A stretch of 64,000 bases of DNA from Akkermansia sp. (GTDB lineage Bacteria > Verrucomicrobiota > Verrucomicrobiia > Verrucomicrobiales > Akkermansiaceae), in assembly GCA_017472085.1 (NCBI GenBank), contig JAFUQZ010000084.1:424-64423 (forward strand). Direction: 5' to 3'. A model generated the notes under the pieces. That model did no database searches, was not told the DNA's origin, and worked only from the letters and a program-made list of their open reading frames with translations. This document shows, one piece after another, positions 1 through 9,584 of the stretch. The position numbers and the translations under genes were made by a program. Numbering within the stretch: the stretch's first letter is position 1; each line of letters opens with the position of its first letter.

Positions 1-1850
1 AGGACGGCTTCCGGGAGGCTGTAATCGCGGAAGGGATTGCCGCCGCGCGCCTGAATGGCCTCTGAGCGGGCCTCCACCAGTGGATTGCCGGGGGATTCAA
101 AGGGGATGCGGGTGACGATGACGTTGGAAAGCGCTTCGCCGGGGACATCCACGCCGGTCCAGAAGCTATCCGTGCCGAAGAGAACGCTGCCGATGTGGTT
201 TTTGAAGCTTTGGAGCATCTGGGAGCGGGTGAGGGAGTCGCCCTGCACGAGCAGAGGCCAGCCGCGTTCCTCACAGAAGGGGCGCAGGCGTGCTGCCTGG
301 GCGCGCATGAGGTTGTAACTGGTGAAAAGGACGAAGGCACGCCCCTGTGATTCATCCAGAGCCCGCATAATCCAGTCGGTGAGGGCGGGTTGGTACACGT
401 CTTCTTCGCTGGCAGGGGGCGGTGGGGGCATGCTGCGGGCAACGATGACTCGCATCTGCTCCGCAAAGTTGAAAGGACTGCCGATTTTGAGGGTGGCGGC
501 ACTTTCTGCGCCGATGCGACCGGTGAAGTAGTCCATGCCGCGTTCTCCCGTGGAGAGGGTGGCGCTGGTACAGATACAGGCGCGGCCGGATTCGAAGAGT
601 TTTTCGCGCAGCACGGGCGCCACATTGATGAGCGCGGAGCGGATGTTCATGTAGCGCCCCTCCGCGCCGCTGCTTTCTGCCCAGTAGACTGAGGTGTCAG
701 CCTTGGTGAGTTCCACGAGCTCCCGGGCGGTGGCACACCATGCCAGCAGGCGGGAGGCCGTGTCCAGCAGTTCGTCCCGCGTGAGGGTGTTTTCCTCTGT
801 GGCGGCCATTTCCCGTACTTCTTTGTAGAGTTCCTGCAGGGCGGGGGAGAGGAGGTCCTCCGTCCACCCCCCGGAGCGCAGGCGCACCGTGCCGTGGTGG
901 GCATCCAGCTGGCAATCGGCGCGTGCGGCGCGGAAGAACTCTTCCGTTGCCACCTGGGCTTCCTCAATGAGTCGCAGCAGGTTGGGTGTGGCGTTGCGGC
1001 GCATGGTGCCTTTGTGGGTGTGCGGGTTGTAGAGTCTCAGCAGGTCGTAGGTGAGCTCCGCTTCGCTGAGGTTGAGCCCCAGCTGGTGGGCTGCTACGGT
1101 CTCGATGGTGTGAGCCTCGTCCAGAATCACGAAGTCGCCGGGGAAGATGAACCCCTGTGGGGCTTCTTCATCCTCCGCTGCCATTTCTTCTGCCAGAGCC
1201 AGCAGTCCGAAAAAGAGGGTGTGGTTGAGCACCACCACCCGCGCTTCCTGCACGCGGCGGCGGGCTGCCTGATAGGGGCAGTCCGGCCCGCAGTTGCGCG
1301 GGGTGCAGACGTGGTTTTCGCTGCATACCTGAGCCCAGACCTTGGGGGAGATGTTCAGCTCTGCGGGCAGCTCTGCCAGCGAGCCCTCACCGGCAGCGCC
1401 GCTGTTGAACCAGAGCTGCAAATCGTGCAGCTGCTTGGTTTCGGCCTGGTTGAAGAGGTCTGTGGCCTGCTCCAGCGCGCGGCGGAGCCGGGTCTTGCAG
1501 AGGTAATTGGCGCGACCTTTCAGCAGGGCTGCGGTGAACTCGCAGTCCAGCGCACGGGCCACGGTGGGGATGTCCTTGTGGAAGAGCTGTTCCTGGAGGT
1601 TGATGGTGTGAGTGGAGATGACGGCCTTGCGGTCATGCTCCAGCGCAAAGCGTATACCGGGGATGAGGTAGGCGAGCGATTTGCCCACGCCGGTGCCGGC
1701 TTCTGCCAGCAGCGCCGTGTCTGTTTCCAGAGCACGAGCCACGGCTCCGGCCATTTCCTGTTGCTGCGGGCGGAACTCGAAGCCACGGGCTCCGGAGAGA
1801 ATGCCCGTGGCTGAAAAATCCTGCAGGGTCTGGTCGAAGAGCTGGCCCAC
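1..1850 (-). CDS. dinG: DinG/YoaA-family ATP-dependent DNA helicase (3' end runs off the window; start approximate, GTG at 1850)
   Basis: Missing from the ORF track; manual minus-strand translation gives EFRPQQQEMA (Q motif), AEAGTGVGKSLAYL (Walker A) and GDFVILDEAHTIE (DEAH, ~1110-1140). Confidence 0.9.
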   Translation of the reverse strand, partial: MGQLFDQTLQDFSATGILSGARGFEFRPQQQEMAGAVARALETDTALLAEAGTGVGKSLAYLIPGIRFALEHDRKAVISTHTINLQEQLFHKDIPTVARALDCEFTAALLKGRANYLCKTRLRRALEQATDLFNQAETKQLHDLQLWFNSGAAGEGSLAELPAELNISPKVWAQVCSENHVCTPRNCGPDCPYQAARRRVQEARVVVLNHTLFFGLLALAEEMAAEDEEAPQGFIFPGDFVILDEAHTIETVAAHQLGLNLSEAELTYDLLRLYNPHTHKGTMRRNATPNLLRLIEEAQVATEEFFRAARADCQLDAHHGTVRLRSGGWTEDLLSPALQELYKEVREMAATEENTLTRDELLDTASRLLAWCATARELVELTKADTSVYWAESSGAEGRYMNIRSALINVAPVLREKLFESGRACICTSATLSTGERGMDYFTGRIGAESAATLKIGSPFNFAEQMRVIVARSMPPPPPASEEDVYQPALTDWIMRALDESQGRAFVLFTSYNLMRAQAARLRPFCEERGWPLLVQGDSLTRSQMLQSFKNHIGSVLFGTDSFWTGVDVPGEALSNVIVTRIPFESPGNPLVEARSEAIQARGGNPFRDYSLPEAV

Positions 1851-1875
1851 AGCGGCAGGGAATGAGAGGATGCGG

Positions 1876-2622
1876 TTACAGCGTGCGGTCGCCGGAGGCC
1901 GGCAGCTTGATGTAGAGCGGCAGATCCGGGAAGAAAGTGCGCAGGGTGTTCACATCCGTGTTACCATCAATGAAATACCACTGGTTGAGCTTCGTGCCGC
2001 GGCTGATGCCCGTGTCGGTGATGACCTCATCCCGCACGGCAAAAATGTGGCTTCTGCGTTCCATGCGGGTGGTGCCGTTGCGGCTCGGCATGCTGATGAC
2101 CAGCGTGGTGGGCAGCACCACAATGCGGCTGCGGTCTTTCGTTTGTTGTACCTCTTCCACGGCGCGAACTCCCTTGGTATCTTTGCGAACCGCCTGCACG
2201 GAGGCCATGGGCGGTGTGACCACATATTCCGAGAAGGGCGCTCCCACGGTGAAGCTTTCAATCTTCACGCCGCTGTCTTTCATGGCCTTGCCCATGCGGG
2301 CGTATTTTTCGCGCAGGGCGCGGTCGCTGGCAATCATGCGGGCACGAGCTTCTTCCTTGGTTTCGCTGCGATTGTTGATACCCATGATACGGTGAGCACG
2401 TGCGGCTTCGCTGCCGGGGGCAGAGGCGGTGAGCCGGTCGGCGTAGGTGCGGCGCAGCGGAGGGTACATGGAATCCACCGCCCATCCCATGTCGCAATTA
2501 CGCACGGCCGCACCATAGCGGCGGGCGGCTTCGCGAGCGTTGTTGGCGGCATCGGACGCAGCCATGCTGACACCGGATAACAGCCCTGCTGTCAGCAGAA
2601 TCAGGAGGAAAGCTTTTTTCAT
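1876..2622 (-). CDS. Secreted hypothetical protein
   Basis: ORF 1876..2658; likely start MKKAFLLILLTAGLLSGVSMAA (signal peptide) at 2622, directly behind a predicted promoter. Confidence 0.8.
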   Translation of the reverse strand: MKKAFLLILLTAGLLSGVSMAASDAANNAREAARRYGAAVRNCDMGWAVDSMYPPLRRTYADRLTASAPGSEAARAHRIMGINNRSETKEEARARMIASDRALREKYARMGKAMKDSGVKIESFTVGAPFSEYVVTPPMASVQAVRKDTKGVRAVEEVQQTKDRSRIVVLPTTLVISMPSRNGTTRMERRSHIFAVRDEVITDTGISRGTKLNQWYFIDGNTDVNTLRTFFPDLPLYIKLPASGDRTL

Positions 2623-2629
2623 GCCCTCC

Positions 2630-2658
2630 ATCCTACCAGCTATGCCGCAGCGGTGCAA
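2630..2658 (-). promoter_or_regulatory. sigma70-type promoter TTGCAC-17-TAGGAT, 7 nt before ATG 2622
   Basis: Counted directly from the sequence. Confidence 0.65.
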
Positions 2659-2861
2659 GGGTGAAGTTTGTACTACTCAGACCTGACAAAGGAGAAATGA
2701 CGATGGACAATGGGAAAGTTCGGCGGCCTCCGGCTCGCAGTAGGGCAACGAGTTGGTTGCAAGGCATCTGCATGCGAGCAAAGCGAGCGGAATTGACACC
2801 TTGTCCATCGTACATCGGACCTTGTACTTCCCGACAATTTCGATTTGGGACACATGAGGGT

Positions 2862-3137
2862 CTATATACCGATGATGTTGAAGTATATCAGATAAAAAAC
2901 GAGGTAGTAGAGGAGCAGGGGGATGAGCCCGACGAAGAGCGCGGTGTATAAAATGGCTTTCATCAGTCGCCGTTTGCATATCTCGTATATCAGGAGAAAA
3001 ATGCAGATGAGCGGAATGCCGAACGTCAGGGTATTGACCACATATTCATTCGCCTGAGCACTCACTTGGCCGTACAGGGATGCCCCTGTCAGGGAATACC
3101 CGATGGCAAGCATCGTCAGAAGGATTTTTTTTGCCAT
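2862..3137 (-). CDS. Small membrane protein (91 aa, 2-3 TM), AT-richer than neighbours
   Basis: Hydrophobic ORF downstream of and co-oriented with the FHA-like gene. Confidence 0.6.
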   Translation of the reverse strand: MAKKILLTMLAIGYSLTGASLYGQVSAQANEYVVNTLTFGIPLICIFLLIYEICKRRLMKAILYTALFVGLIPLLLYYLVFYLIYFNIIGI

Positions 3138-3165
3138 ACCGCGAAGGTTAAGGCGCAGGCAGACC

Positions 3166-3771
3166 TCAGAGCATCGTGGACGGGAAGAACTCGCCGGTGG
3201 TGAGCAGATGGTGCAGCGTCAGACCCGCTATGAATGCTGCAATCAACACCGCTATCACATAGATGGGCTTGATGAGGGTGATGAGCGGATTTTCGCGCTT
3301 AATCTCAATTTCCGGAATATGAGCCGCTGCGTGGCTGCGCAGGCTGCGGGTGCGGCCCACGGGTTTGCGGCGCAGCTGAACGGGCACGGCTTCTGCGCGT
3401 GTCAGCGTGGTGGCTTCCGTTTCCTCTTCGCTGCCTTCCTCATCGGCCTCCTCTGGCAGTTCAGCAGCAGGCAGTTCTTCCGTGTAGGAGAGGTGAGCAG
3501 CGCCGATGCCGTAGGGCACGCCCGCCACCAGCGCCACACAGTTGTGCGGCTCCCCGTTGGCTGTAACCATCAGCTCCGGGGTGCAGGCGTGGAGCATGTA
3601 CATGTTCAGCTCCGCATTCCACATCAGCTCGCAATGCTGTTCGGCAACGCCCTCTGTATCCGCCATGCGGATGTCGCAATCCTCACCGCTGCCCAGCAGA
3701 TACATGAACTCCGGATTGAGTTCATAGGCCAGGGGTGTTCCGCTTGCGTCTGTGATGTGGATGGCTGCCAT
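3166..3771 (-). CDS. FHA-like domain protein with acidic linker and C-terminal TM helix
   Basis: YLLGSGEDCDIRMADTEGVAEQHC resembles the FHA G-R..CDI..S..H motif; C-terminal IYVIAVLIAAFIAGLTL TM. Confidence 0.6.
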   Translation of the reverse strand: MAAIHITDASGTPLAYELNPEFMYLLGSGEDCDIRMADTEGVAEQHCELMWNAELNMYMLHACTPELMVTANGEPHNCVALVAGVPYGIGAAHLSYTEELPAAELPEEADEEGSEEETEATTLTRAEAVPVQLRRKPVGRTRSLRSHAAAHIPEIEIKRENPLITLIKPIYVIAVLIAAFIAGLTLHHLLTTGEFFPSTML

Positions 3772-3893
3772 AGCTCTGCCCAGTATGCCAGAATCCGCTG
3801 AAAATGCAACACCAAAATGGATTCTGCTGAGCCGCAGCCCCCTTTTTGGGTGTTGTGTGACTTTTTTGACACAAATAAGGGCGGGAAAAATTG

Positions 3894-3922
3894 TTGAAAA
3901 ACGGAAAGAATTACGTTACATT
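3894..3922 (+). promoter_or_regulatory. sigma70-type promoter of the RND operon, TTGAAA-17-TACATT
   Basis: Counted directly; 21 nt upstream of ATG 3944. Confidence 0.55.
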
Positions 3923-3943
3923 AAGCGTAGACACGATAAAGAT

Positions 3944-6076
3944 ATGTATCCACGTTGTTCTTTAATCACCATTGTTCTGATGGCCGGGGCTGCGGCGGCG
4001 CAGATGCCCGGTGGAATGGCCTCTCACGTGCAGGTGGAAAAGGCCGTGCGCGGTAAAGACTGTATCGTACGCAAGAGTATAGCCCATGCGGAGCCTATCA
4101 GCACGGTGAACATCTCTGCGGCGGTGTCCGGGTTTCTGCACGAAGTCCGTTTCAAGGAAGGCAGTATGGTAAACGCAGGGGAGGTGCTCATGGTAATTGA
4201 CCCCATCCGTTATCAGGCTGCCGAGCAGAAAGCGCGTGCAGCCGTTTCTCAGCTGGAGTCGCAGATTGTCTATGCCGGTAACCGTTATGCGCGCCTTTCC
4301 CGCCTGGCAGAACAGCAGGCAGCCTCCAAAGAGGATATGGAAAGTGCGCTGGCCACGCTGGAGGAGCTGAAAGCCAAACGCGCCGCCGCTCAGGCCAATC
4401 TGGTGAAAGCTCAGAAGGATTTGTCTGACTGCACCATCAAGGCAGAGATTACCGGGCGCATCGGGAGACTCAATTTTTCACAGGGCAACTATGTGAACGT
4501 GGGAGAGAAATTGGCCACCATCACCCAGATAGACCCCATTTACATGCGATTCCCGCTCAGCCAGACCGATGTGAACAGCATTTTCGGCGGCCCCGAGAAG
4601 ATTGCGGACGCTTCTAAAGTGAATATCATCACGGCCAACGGCGTGCGTTATCCCTCTGCGGGAAAGGTGGATATCGTGGACAACCAGCTGACCGGCGATA
4701 CGGACAGTTACACGCTCTGGGCCAAATTTGACAATGCTGAGCACGTGCTGACCCCGCGCGGCATTGCCGCGCTCCATATTGCACTCGCTGATACACAGGA
4801 AGTGACGATGGTGCCGCTCACCGCCGTGCAGCACGATGCCGACGGTGCCTTTGTGCACACGGTGGATGAGAACAATGTGGTGGCACGGCGTAATGTGGTG
4901 GCCGGCCCCATTCAGGGCCGCTTGCAATCCATTTACGAGGGGCTGGAACCCGGCGAAACCGTCATCATCGACGGCGCTCACAAGACCCGTATCGGCGGGA
5001 GCGTCATTCCCGTGGAAAACACTCCGCCTGCGGAGAAAACAGCATCCTCTGAGGTGTCGGAGCCCGAGGCGGTAGTACCGGTTAAAACCGATATCGTGAG
5101 TGAGACAGAAGACCCCACCGTCATCACCTGCCAGGGGGCGCGCATCGAGGCTATCAACACCGTTTCCCTGCGTCCGCTGGTGCAGGGATTGCTGGAGGAA
5201 CCCCAGTTCAAGGAAGGCGATATGGTGAAGAAGGGGGATGTGCTCTTCCGCATCGACCCCGTTCGCTATCAGGCCGTGGTGGATGCCCGTAAATCTGAAA
5301 TTGCACAGTTGGATGTGAGAATCCGGGACGCGCTGGTGAAGCTGAACCGCCAGAAGTACCTGTTGGAGCGCAATGCCACCAGCAAGGATGAGGTGGAGAG
5401 TGCTCAGGCCACGTATGATGAACTCACCGCTGCCCGCCTGGCGGCTGTGGCAGATTTCACCATTGCCCTGGATGACCTTTCCCGCTGCACCATTCATTCC
5501 GGTATGAATGCCCGCATCGGCCGAGTGAACTTCTCCGGCGGTAACTACATCACCGATACCAAGTCTCCGCTGGCCACGCTGGTGCAAATCAGCCCCATCT
5601 ACGTGCGCTTTTCCATGAGCGAGAACCGCATCCTCTCCGCTTTCGGCAATGTCTCCAGACTCATGAACGAGGCCGAAATATCGCTTGTGACCGCCTCCGG
5701 CAATGTCTACGGCGAAAAAGGCCATGTGAGCTTCTGTGACAATGTCATCCGCACGGCTACCGATACCCAGAATATCTGGGCTTTCTTCGATAACAAGGAT
5801 GGTCGCCTGAGCCCGGGCGGCGTGGTCACCATCCGCGTGAAGCGGAAACCCGAGTGCAAAGTGCCCTCCGTTCCGGCGGATGCCGTGTTGGTGGATACCT
5901 CCGGGCACTACGTCTATGTGGAGGAAGAAGGCTATGCCCGCCGCCGGCAAGTTCTCTGCGGCGATACCTCGGAGGATGGCCGCATGGCCATTCACTACGG
6001 CCTGACACCCGGGCAGAAAGTCATCGTCAACAACCTGGCCTCCCTGGCGGACGGCACACCTGTGCAACCCGAATAA
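3944..6076 (+). CDS. RND efflux periplasmic adaptor (MFP) made of two complete MFP modules fused in tandem
   Basis: Lipoyl/hairpin motifs occur twice: AEPISTVNISAAVSGFLHEVRFKEGSMVNAGEVLMVIDPIRYQA and IEAINTVSLRPLVQGLLEEPQFKEGDMVKKGDVLFRIDPVRYQA; start re-assigned to MYPRCSL at 3944. Confidence 0.9.
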   Translation: MYPRCSLITIVLMAGAAAAQMPGGMASHVQVEKAVRGKDCIVRKSIAHAEPISTVNISAAVSGFLHEVRFKEGSMVNAGEVLMVIDPIRYQAAEQKARAAVSQLESQIVYAGNRYARLSRLAEQQAASKEDMESALATLEELKAKRAAAQANLVKAQKDLSDCTIKAEITGRIGRLNFSQGNYVNVGEKLATITQIDPIYMRFPLSQTDVNSIFGGPEKIADASKVNIITANGVRYPSAGKVDIVDNQLTGDTDSYTLWAKFDNAEHVLTPRGIAALHIALADTQEVTMVPLTAVQHDADGAFVHTVDENNVVARRNVVAGPIQGRLQSIYEGLEPGETVIIDGAHKTRIGGSVIPVENTPPAEKTASSEVSEPEAVVPVKTDIVSETEDPTVITCQGARIEAINTVSLRPLVQGLLEEPQFKEGDMVKKGDVLFRIDPVRYQAVVDARKSEIAQLDVRIRDALVKLNRQKYLLERNATSKDEVESAQATYDELTAARLAAVADFTIALDDLSRCTIHSGMNARIGRVNFSGGNYITDTKSPLATLVQISPIYVRFSMSENRILSAFGNVSRLMNEAEISLVTASGNVYGEKGHVSFCDNVIRTATDTQNIWAFFDNKDGRLSPGGVVTIRVKRKPECKVPSVPADAVLVDTSGHYVYVEEEGYARRRQVLCGDTSEDGRMAIHYGLTPGQKVIVNNLASLADGTPVQPE

Positions 6077-6088
6077 CCCCTTACGCTC

Positions 6089-9000
6089 ATGTTTTCCGAA
6101 TTTTTCATTCATCGTCCCAAGTTTGCCTTCGTCATTTCCATTGTCATGATGCTGGCAGGGCTCATCTGCCTGTCGCTCATGCCGGTGTCGGAGTACCCGG
6201 AGGTGTCGCCGCCCACGATATCGGTGCGCATGACCTACGCCGGAGCCAGCGCGGAAGAACTGGCACAGGTGGTGGCTGCCCCGGTGGAGGAACAGCTCAT
6301 CGGTATGGATGACCTGGAGTACTTCTACTCCTCCTGTGCCAACAACGGTTCCTACTCGCTCACCCTCATCTTTGCCTCCGGCACGAATGACGACATGGCC
6401 ATGGTGAACGTGTCCAACGCCATCAAAGCCGTGGAATCCAAGTTGCCGGCAGAAATCAAGCAGACCGGCTACAATGTCCGCAAGCGCTCGGGGGATATGC
6501 TCTGCTTTGTCAACTTCAGTTGCGATGAGAACAAGATGAGCATCCTGGAACTCTCCAACTGGGTGCGTATGAACGTGAAAGACCGCGTCTGCCAGGTGGA
6601 CGGCATCTCCAGTGCGGATATCATTCCCAGCCGCAATTACGCCATGCGTGTGTGGATGAACACCACCCGCATGAGTGCGCTCAACATCACCCCTGCCGAT
6701 ATCAAATCCGCCATCAATGAGCAGAATATCCAGGCCGCAGCCGGTTCCGTCGGCTCGGAAGACGAGGAGTCCTATGCCACCTTCAAGGTGACGGCCACCG
6801 GGCGTCTCAAGACCGTGGAAGAGTTCGGCAATATCATCGTCAAGCGCGGGCTGGACGGTCACGTGACCATGCTCAAGGATGTGGCCACCATCGAGCTGGG
6901 GGCGGAGCGCAACTCCGGCTACAATCGCGTGAACGGCAAGGACTCCGTGGGTATGATTGTGTTCCGTAACAATGATGCCAACGCTGTGGCCACCGTGGGT
7001 GCTCTCCAGGAATGCATGAAGGAGATTGAGAAAAACTTCCCGGACGGCATGGACTGGCGCATGGGCTATGACCCCACCCAGGCGATTTCCGCCACGATGG
7101 AGGAAATCGCCATCACGCTGCTGATGGCACTGATTCTGGTGATTCTGGTGACCTACCTCTTCCTCCAGGACTGGCGCGCCACGCTCATCCCCACGCTGGC
7201 CATTCCGGTGTCGCTGCTGGGTGCGTTCATGATTATGTACCCGCTGGGCTACACCATCAACGTGCTGACGATGTTCGGCCTCATTCTGGTGATTGGTTCT
7301 CTGGTGGATGATGCCATTGTGGTGGTGGAAAACGTGATGCGAATCATCCAGGAGGAGAAACTCAGCCCGAAGGAAGCCACCATCAAGAGCATGAAACAGA
7401 TTACCGGCGCCGTGATTGCCACCACCCTGGTCACTCTCGCCGTGTACGTCCCCATTGCTTTCTATGGCGGCATGGTGGGTATCATCTATACGCAGTTCTC
7501 CGTGACGATGTGCGTGGCGCTCGTCATCTCCACCATCAACGCGCTCACGCTTTCCCCGGCACTCTGTGCGCTCATTCTGCGCCCGGCAGATGCGAAGAAG
7601 AGTCGCCTGGAGGTGCTGTTCGCACCGTTCAACTGGGTGATGGAGAAATCCCGCGCCATCTATCTGAAGGGTGCTTCCGTACTGGTGAACAATGCCTGGC
7701 TGACGGTGCTGCTGTTGCTGCTTACCATCGGCGGTAACTATGTGTACTTCGCCGGCGCCCCCGCCTGGTGGAATAACATCTTCCGCGGCGCACCCGCAGC
7801 CGTTGCGGGTAAACCCGGCGCCGCGCAGCAGGATAAGGGGCTGGATTACCTCTCCCTCATTGCACCGAAGATGATTAACAGCTCCTTCATCCCCACGGAG
7901 GATAAAGGCTCGCTCTTCGTGATGGTCAACATGGAGGGTACGGCTACGGCCAAGCAGCGTACCGATAAAGTGATGCGCATGATTGAGGAGAAAGTGAAAA
8001 ATATCCCCGGTATCGAGATGGTGACCACCCAGAGCGGTTACAGCTTTGCTTCCGGTTCCGGCGAGAGCAACGGTATGATGATTGTGCTGCTCAAGCATTG
8101 GAGCGAGCGCACCACGCCGGAGCTGAGCAACACTGCCATTGCGGCCGCCATTAACAAAGCCTGTGCGGATATTCCGCAGGCCTCCATCATGGCCGTGACC
8201 CCGCCCGCCATTCAGGGCCTGGGTATCACCGGCGGTATTTCGCTGGTGCTGACGGTTTCCGGCGATGATGCCACCCCGCTGCTGCTGGGCAACATGGTCA
8301 AGGAGATACAAGCCCGCCTCCAGGCGCGCACGGATCTGGTGACAATGGTACGCAGTGAGTACAACGCCGAAAACCCGCAGGTGTTCCTGGAAGTCAATCG
8401 AGAGAAAGCCCAGTCGCTCAATGTCCCGGTCAACACCATTTTCAGCACCCTGCAGAGCGTGATGGCTTCGTCCTATGTGAACGATTTCACTCTCAATGGT
8501 TTCAATTTCAAGGTGATGATTCAGGGTAACACCCGTGATCGCCGCACGGCAGATGACATCCTCAACCAGATGGTGCGTAACACCAAGGGAGAGATGGTGC
8601 CGCTGTCTGCCCTCTGCACGCTGTCTTACCGCATGGGTCCCGCCTACTATGAGCGCTTCAACCAGTACATGAGCGCCAACATCACCGTGCAGAGCAAGCC
8701 CGGTACCGGCTCCGGGCAGGTCATGAAGTATATCGAGGACACCATCGCTCAGATTAACGAGGAGGAGCGCAAGGCCGGACGCGACCTCATCTGGGGTGCG
8801 GAGTGGAAAGACCTTTCCTACCAGGAGCGTAAGAACGAGGGTAAGCTTGCCCCGCTCATTGCCATGGCCGTCATCTTCGCCTACCTCTTCCTGGTGGCTC
8901 AGTATGAGAGCTGGACCACACCGGTGCCCGTGATGCTCTCCGTGACCGTGGCCACCATGGGGGCGCTCATGGGTGCCCAGCTCTTCGGGCTCTCCATGTC

Positions 9001-9385
9001 CATCTATGTGCAGCTGGGTATCCTGATGCTCATCGGTCTGGCTGCCAAGAACGCCATCCTCATGGTGGAGTTCAGCAAGGAAGATCACGAGGCCGGTACC
9101 CGCATTCAGACGGCCGCTATCAACGGTGCGCGCCAGCGCTTCCGCGCCGTGCTCATGACGGCCATTTCCTTCCTCTTCGGCGTATTCCCCATGGTGGTGG
9201 CCACCGGCTCCGGTGCTGCCAGTCGAGTGGAAATTGGTGTCACCACCTTCTTCGGCATGCTGCTGGCAACCTGCTTCGGTATTTTCATGGTACCGCCTCT
9301 CTACTCCATCTTCGCCCGCATGCGCGACTGGACTGCCGCCCGCCTGCGTCTGCGCCGCATCCATTCGATTGCCCGCGACAAATAA
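6089..9385 (+). CDS. RND efflux permease, AcrB/HAE1 family
   Basis: MFSEFFIHRPKFAFVISI start, PVSEYPEVSPP, GSLVDDAIVVVENV (TM4 DD), GLAAKNAILMVEF (TM10 K), RFRAVLMTA. Confidence 0.97.
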   Translation: MFSEFFIHRPKFAFVISIVMMLAGLICLSLMPVSEYPEVSPPTISVRMTYAGASAEELAQVVAAPVEEQLIGMDDLEYFYSSCANNGSYSLTLIFASGTNDDMAMVNVSNAIKAVESKLPAEIKQTGYNVRKRSGDMLCFVNFSCDENKMSILELSNWVRMNVKDRVCQVDGISSADIIPSRNYAMRVWMNTTRMSALNITPADIKSAINEQNIQAAAGSVGSEDEESYATFKVTATGRLKTVEEFGNIIVKRGLDGHVTMLKDVATIELGAERNSGYNRVNGKDSVGMIVFRNNDANAVATVGALQECMKEIEKNFPDGMDWRMGYDPTQAISATMEEIAITLLMALILVILVTYLFLQDWRATLIPTLAIPVSLLGAFMIMYPLGYTINVLTMFGLILVIGSLVDDAIVVVENVMRIIQEEKLSPKEATIKSMKQITGAVIATTLVTLAVYVPIAFYGGMVGIIYTQFSVTMCVALVISTINALTLSPALCALILRPADAKKSRLEVLFAPFNWVMEKSRAIYLKGASVLVNNAWLTVLLLLLTIGGNYVYFAGAPAWWNNIFRGAPAAVAGKPGAAQQDKGLDYLSLIAPKMINSSFIPTEDKGSLFVMVNMEGTATAKQRTDKVMRMIEEKVKNIPGIEMVTTQSGYSFASGSGESNGMMIVLLKHWSERTTPELSNTAIAAAINKACADIPQASIMAVTPPAIQGLGITGGISLVLTVSGDDATPLLLGNMVKEIQARLQARTDLVTMVRSEYNAENPQVFLEVNREKAQSLNVPVNTIFSTLQSVMASSYVNDFTLNGFNFKVMIQGNTRDRRTADDILNQMVRNTKGEMVPLSALCTLSYRMGPAYYERFNQYMSANITVQSKPGTGSGQVMKYIEDTIAQINEEERKAGRDLIWGAEWKDLSYQERKNEGKLAPLIAMAVIFAYLFLVAQYESWTTPVPVMLSVTVATMGALMGAQLFGLSMSIYVQLGILMLIGLAAKNAILMVEFSKEDHEAGTRIQTAAINGARQRFRAVLMTAISFLFGVFPMVVATGSGAASRVEIGVTTFFGMLLATCFGIFMVPPLYSIFARMRDWTAARLRLRRIHSIARDK

Positions 9386-9412
9386 CGGTCGCCACCATGA
9401 ACTCTTCATCCC

Positions 9413-9443
9413 CACGCACCGATTGCTGCGGTGTGTGGGGAGT
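9413..9443 (+). terminator. GC-rich hairpin after the RND permease (possible terminator)
   Basis: CCCCACGCACCG / CGGTGTGTGGGG stem with one G-U pair; no clear U-tract. Confidence 0.45.
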
Positions 9444-9584
9444 GTCGTGAAGCGGAGCGTCTCTATCGTGCAGATTCGGATTCCCGCGAAGCGGTGAAAG
9501 AATAAGCTGTCAGGCTGCGTACTTGTTAATATCTTGCCATAGGCGTTGCCTTGTGGTAGAACGGGATTTTATCTTGTGACCGAT

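Noticed and set aside
55-1814. Plus-strand ORFs 390..692, 894..1814 and others in the track
   Set aside because: Shadows of the minus-strand dinG gene, which the track missed because it runs off the window.
4478-9415. 1645-aa minus-strand ORF
   Set aside because: Antisense shadow of the RND adaptor/permease caused by GC-rich codon bias; no recognisable motifs.
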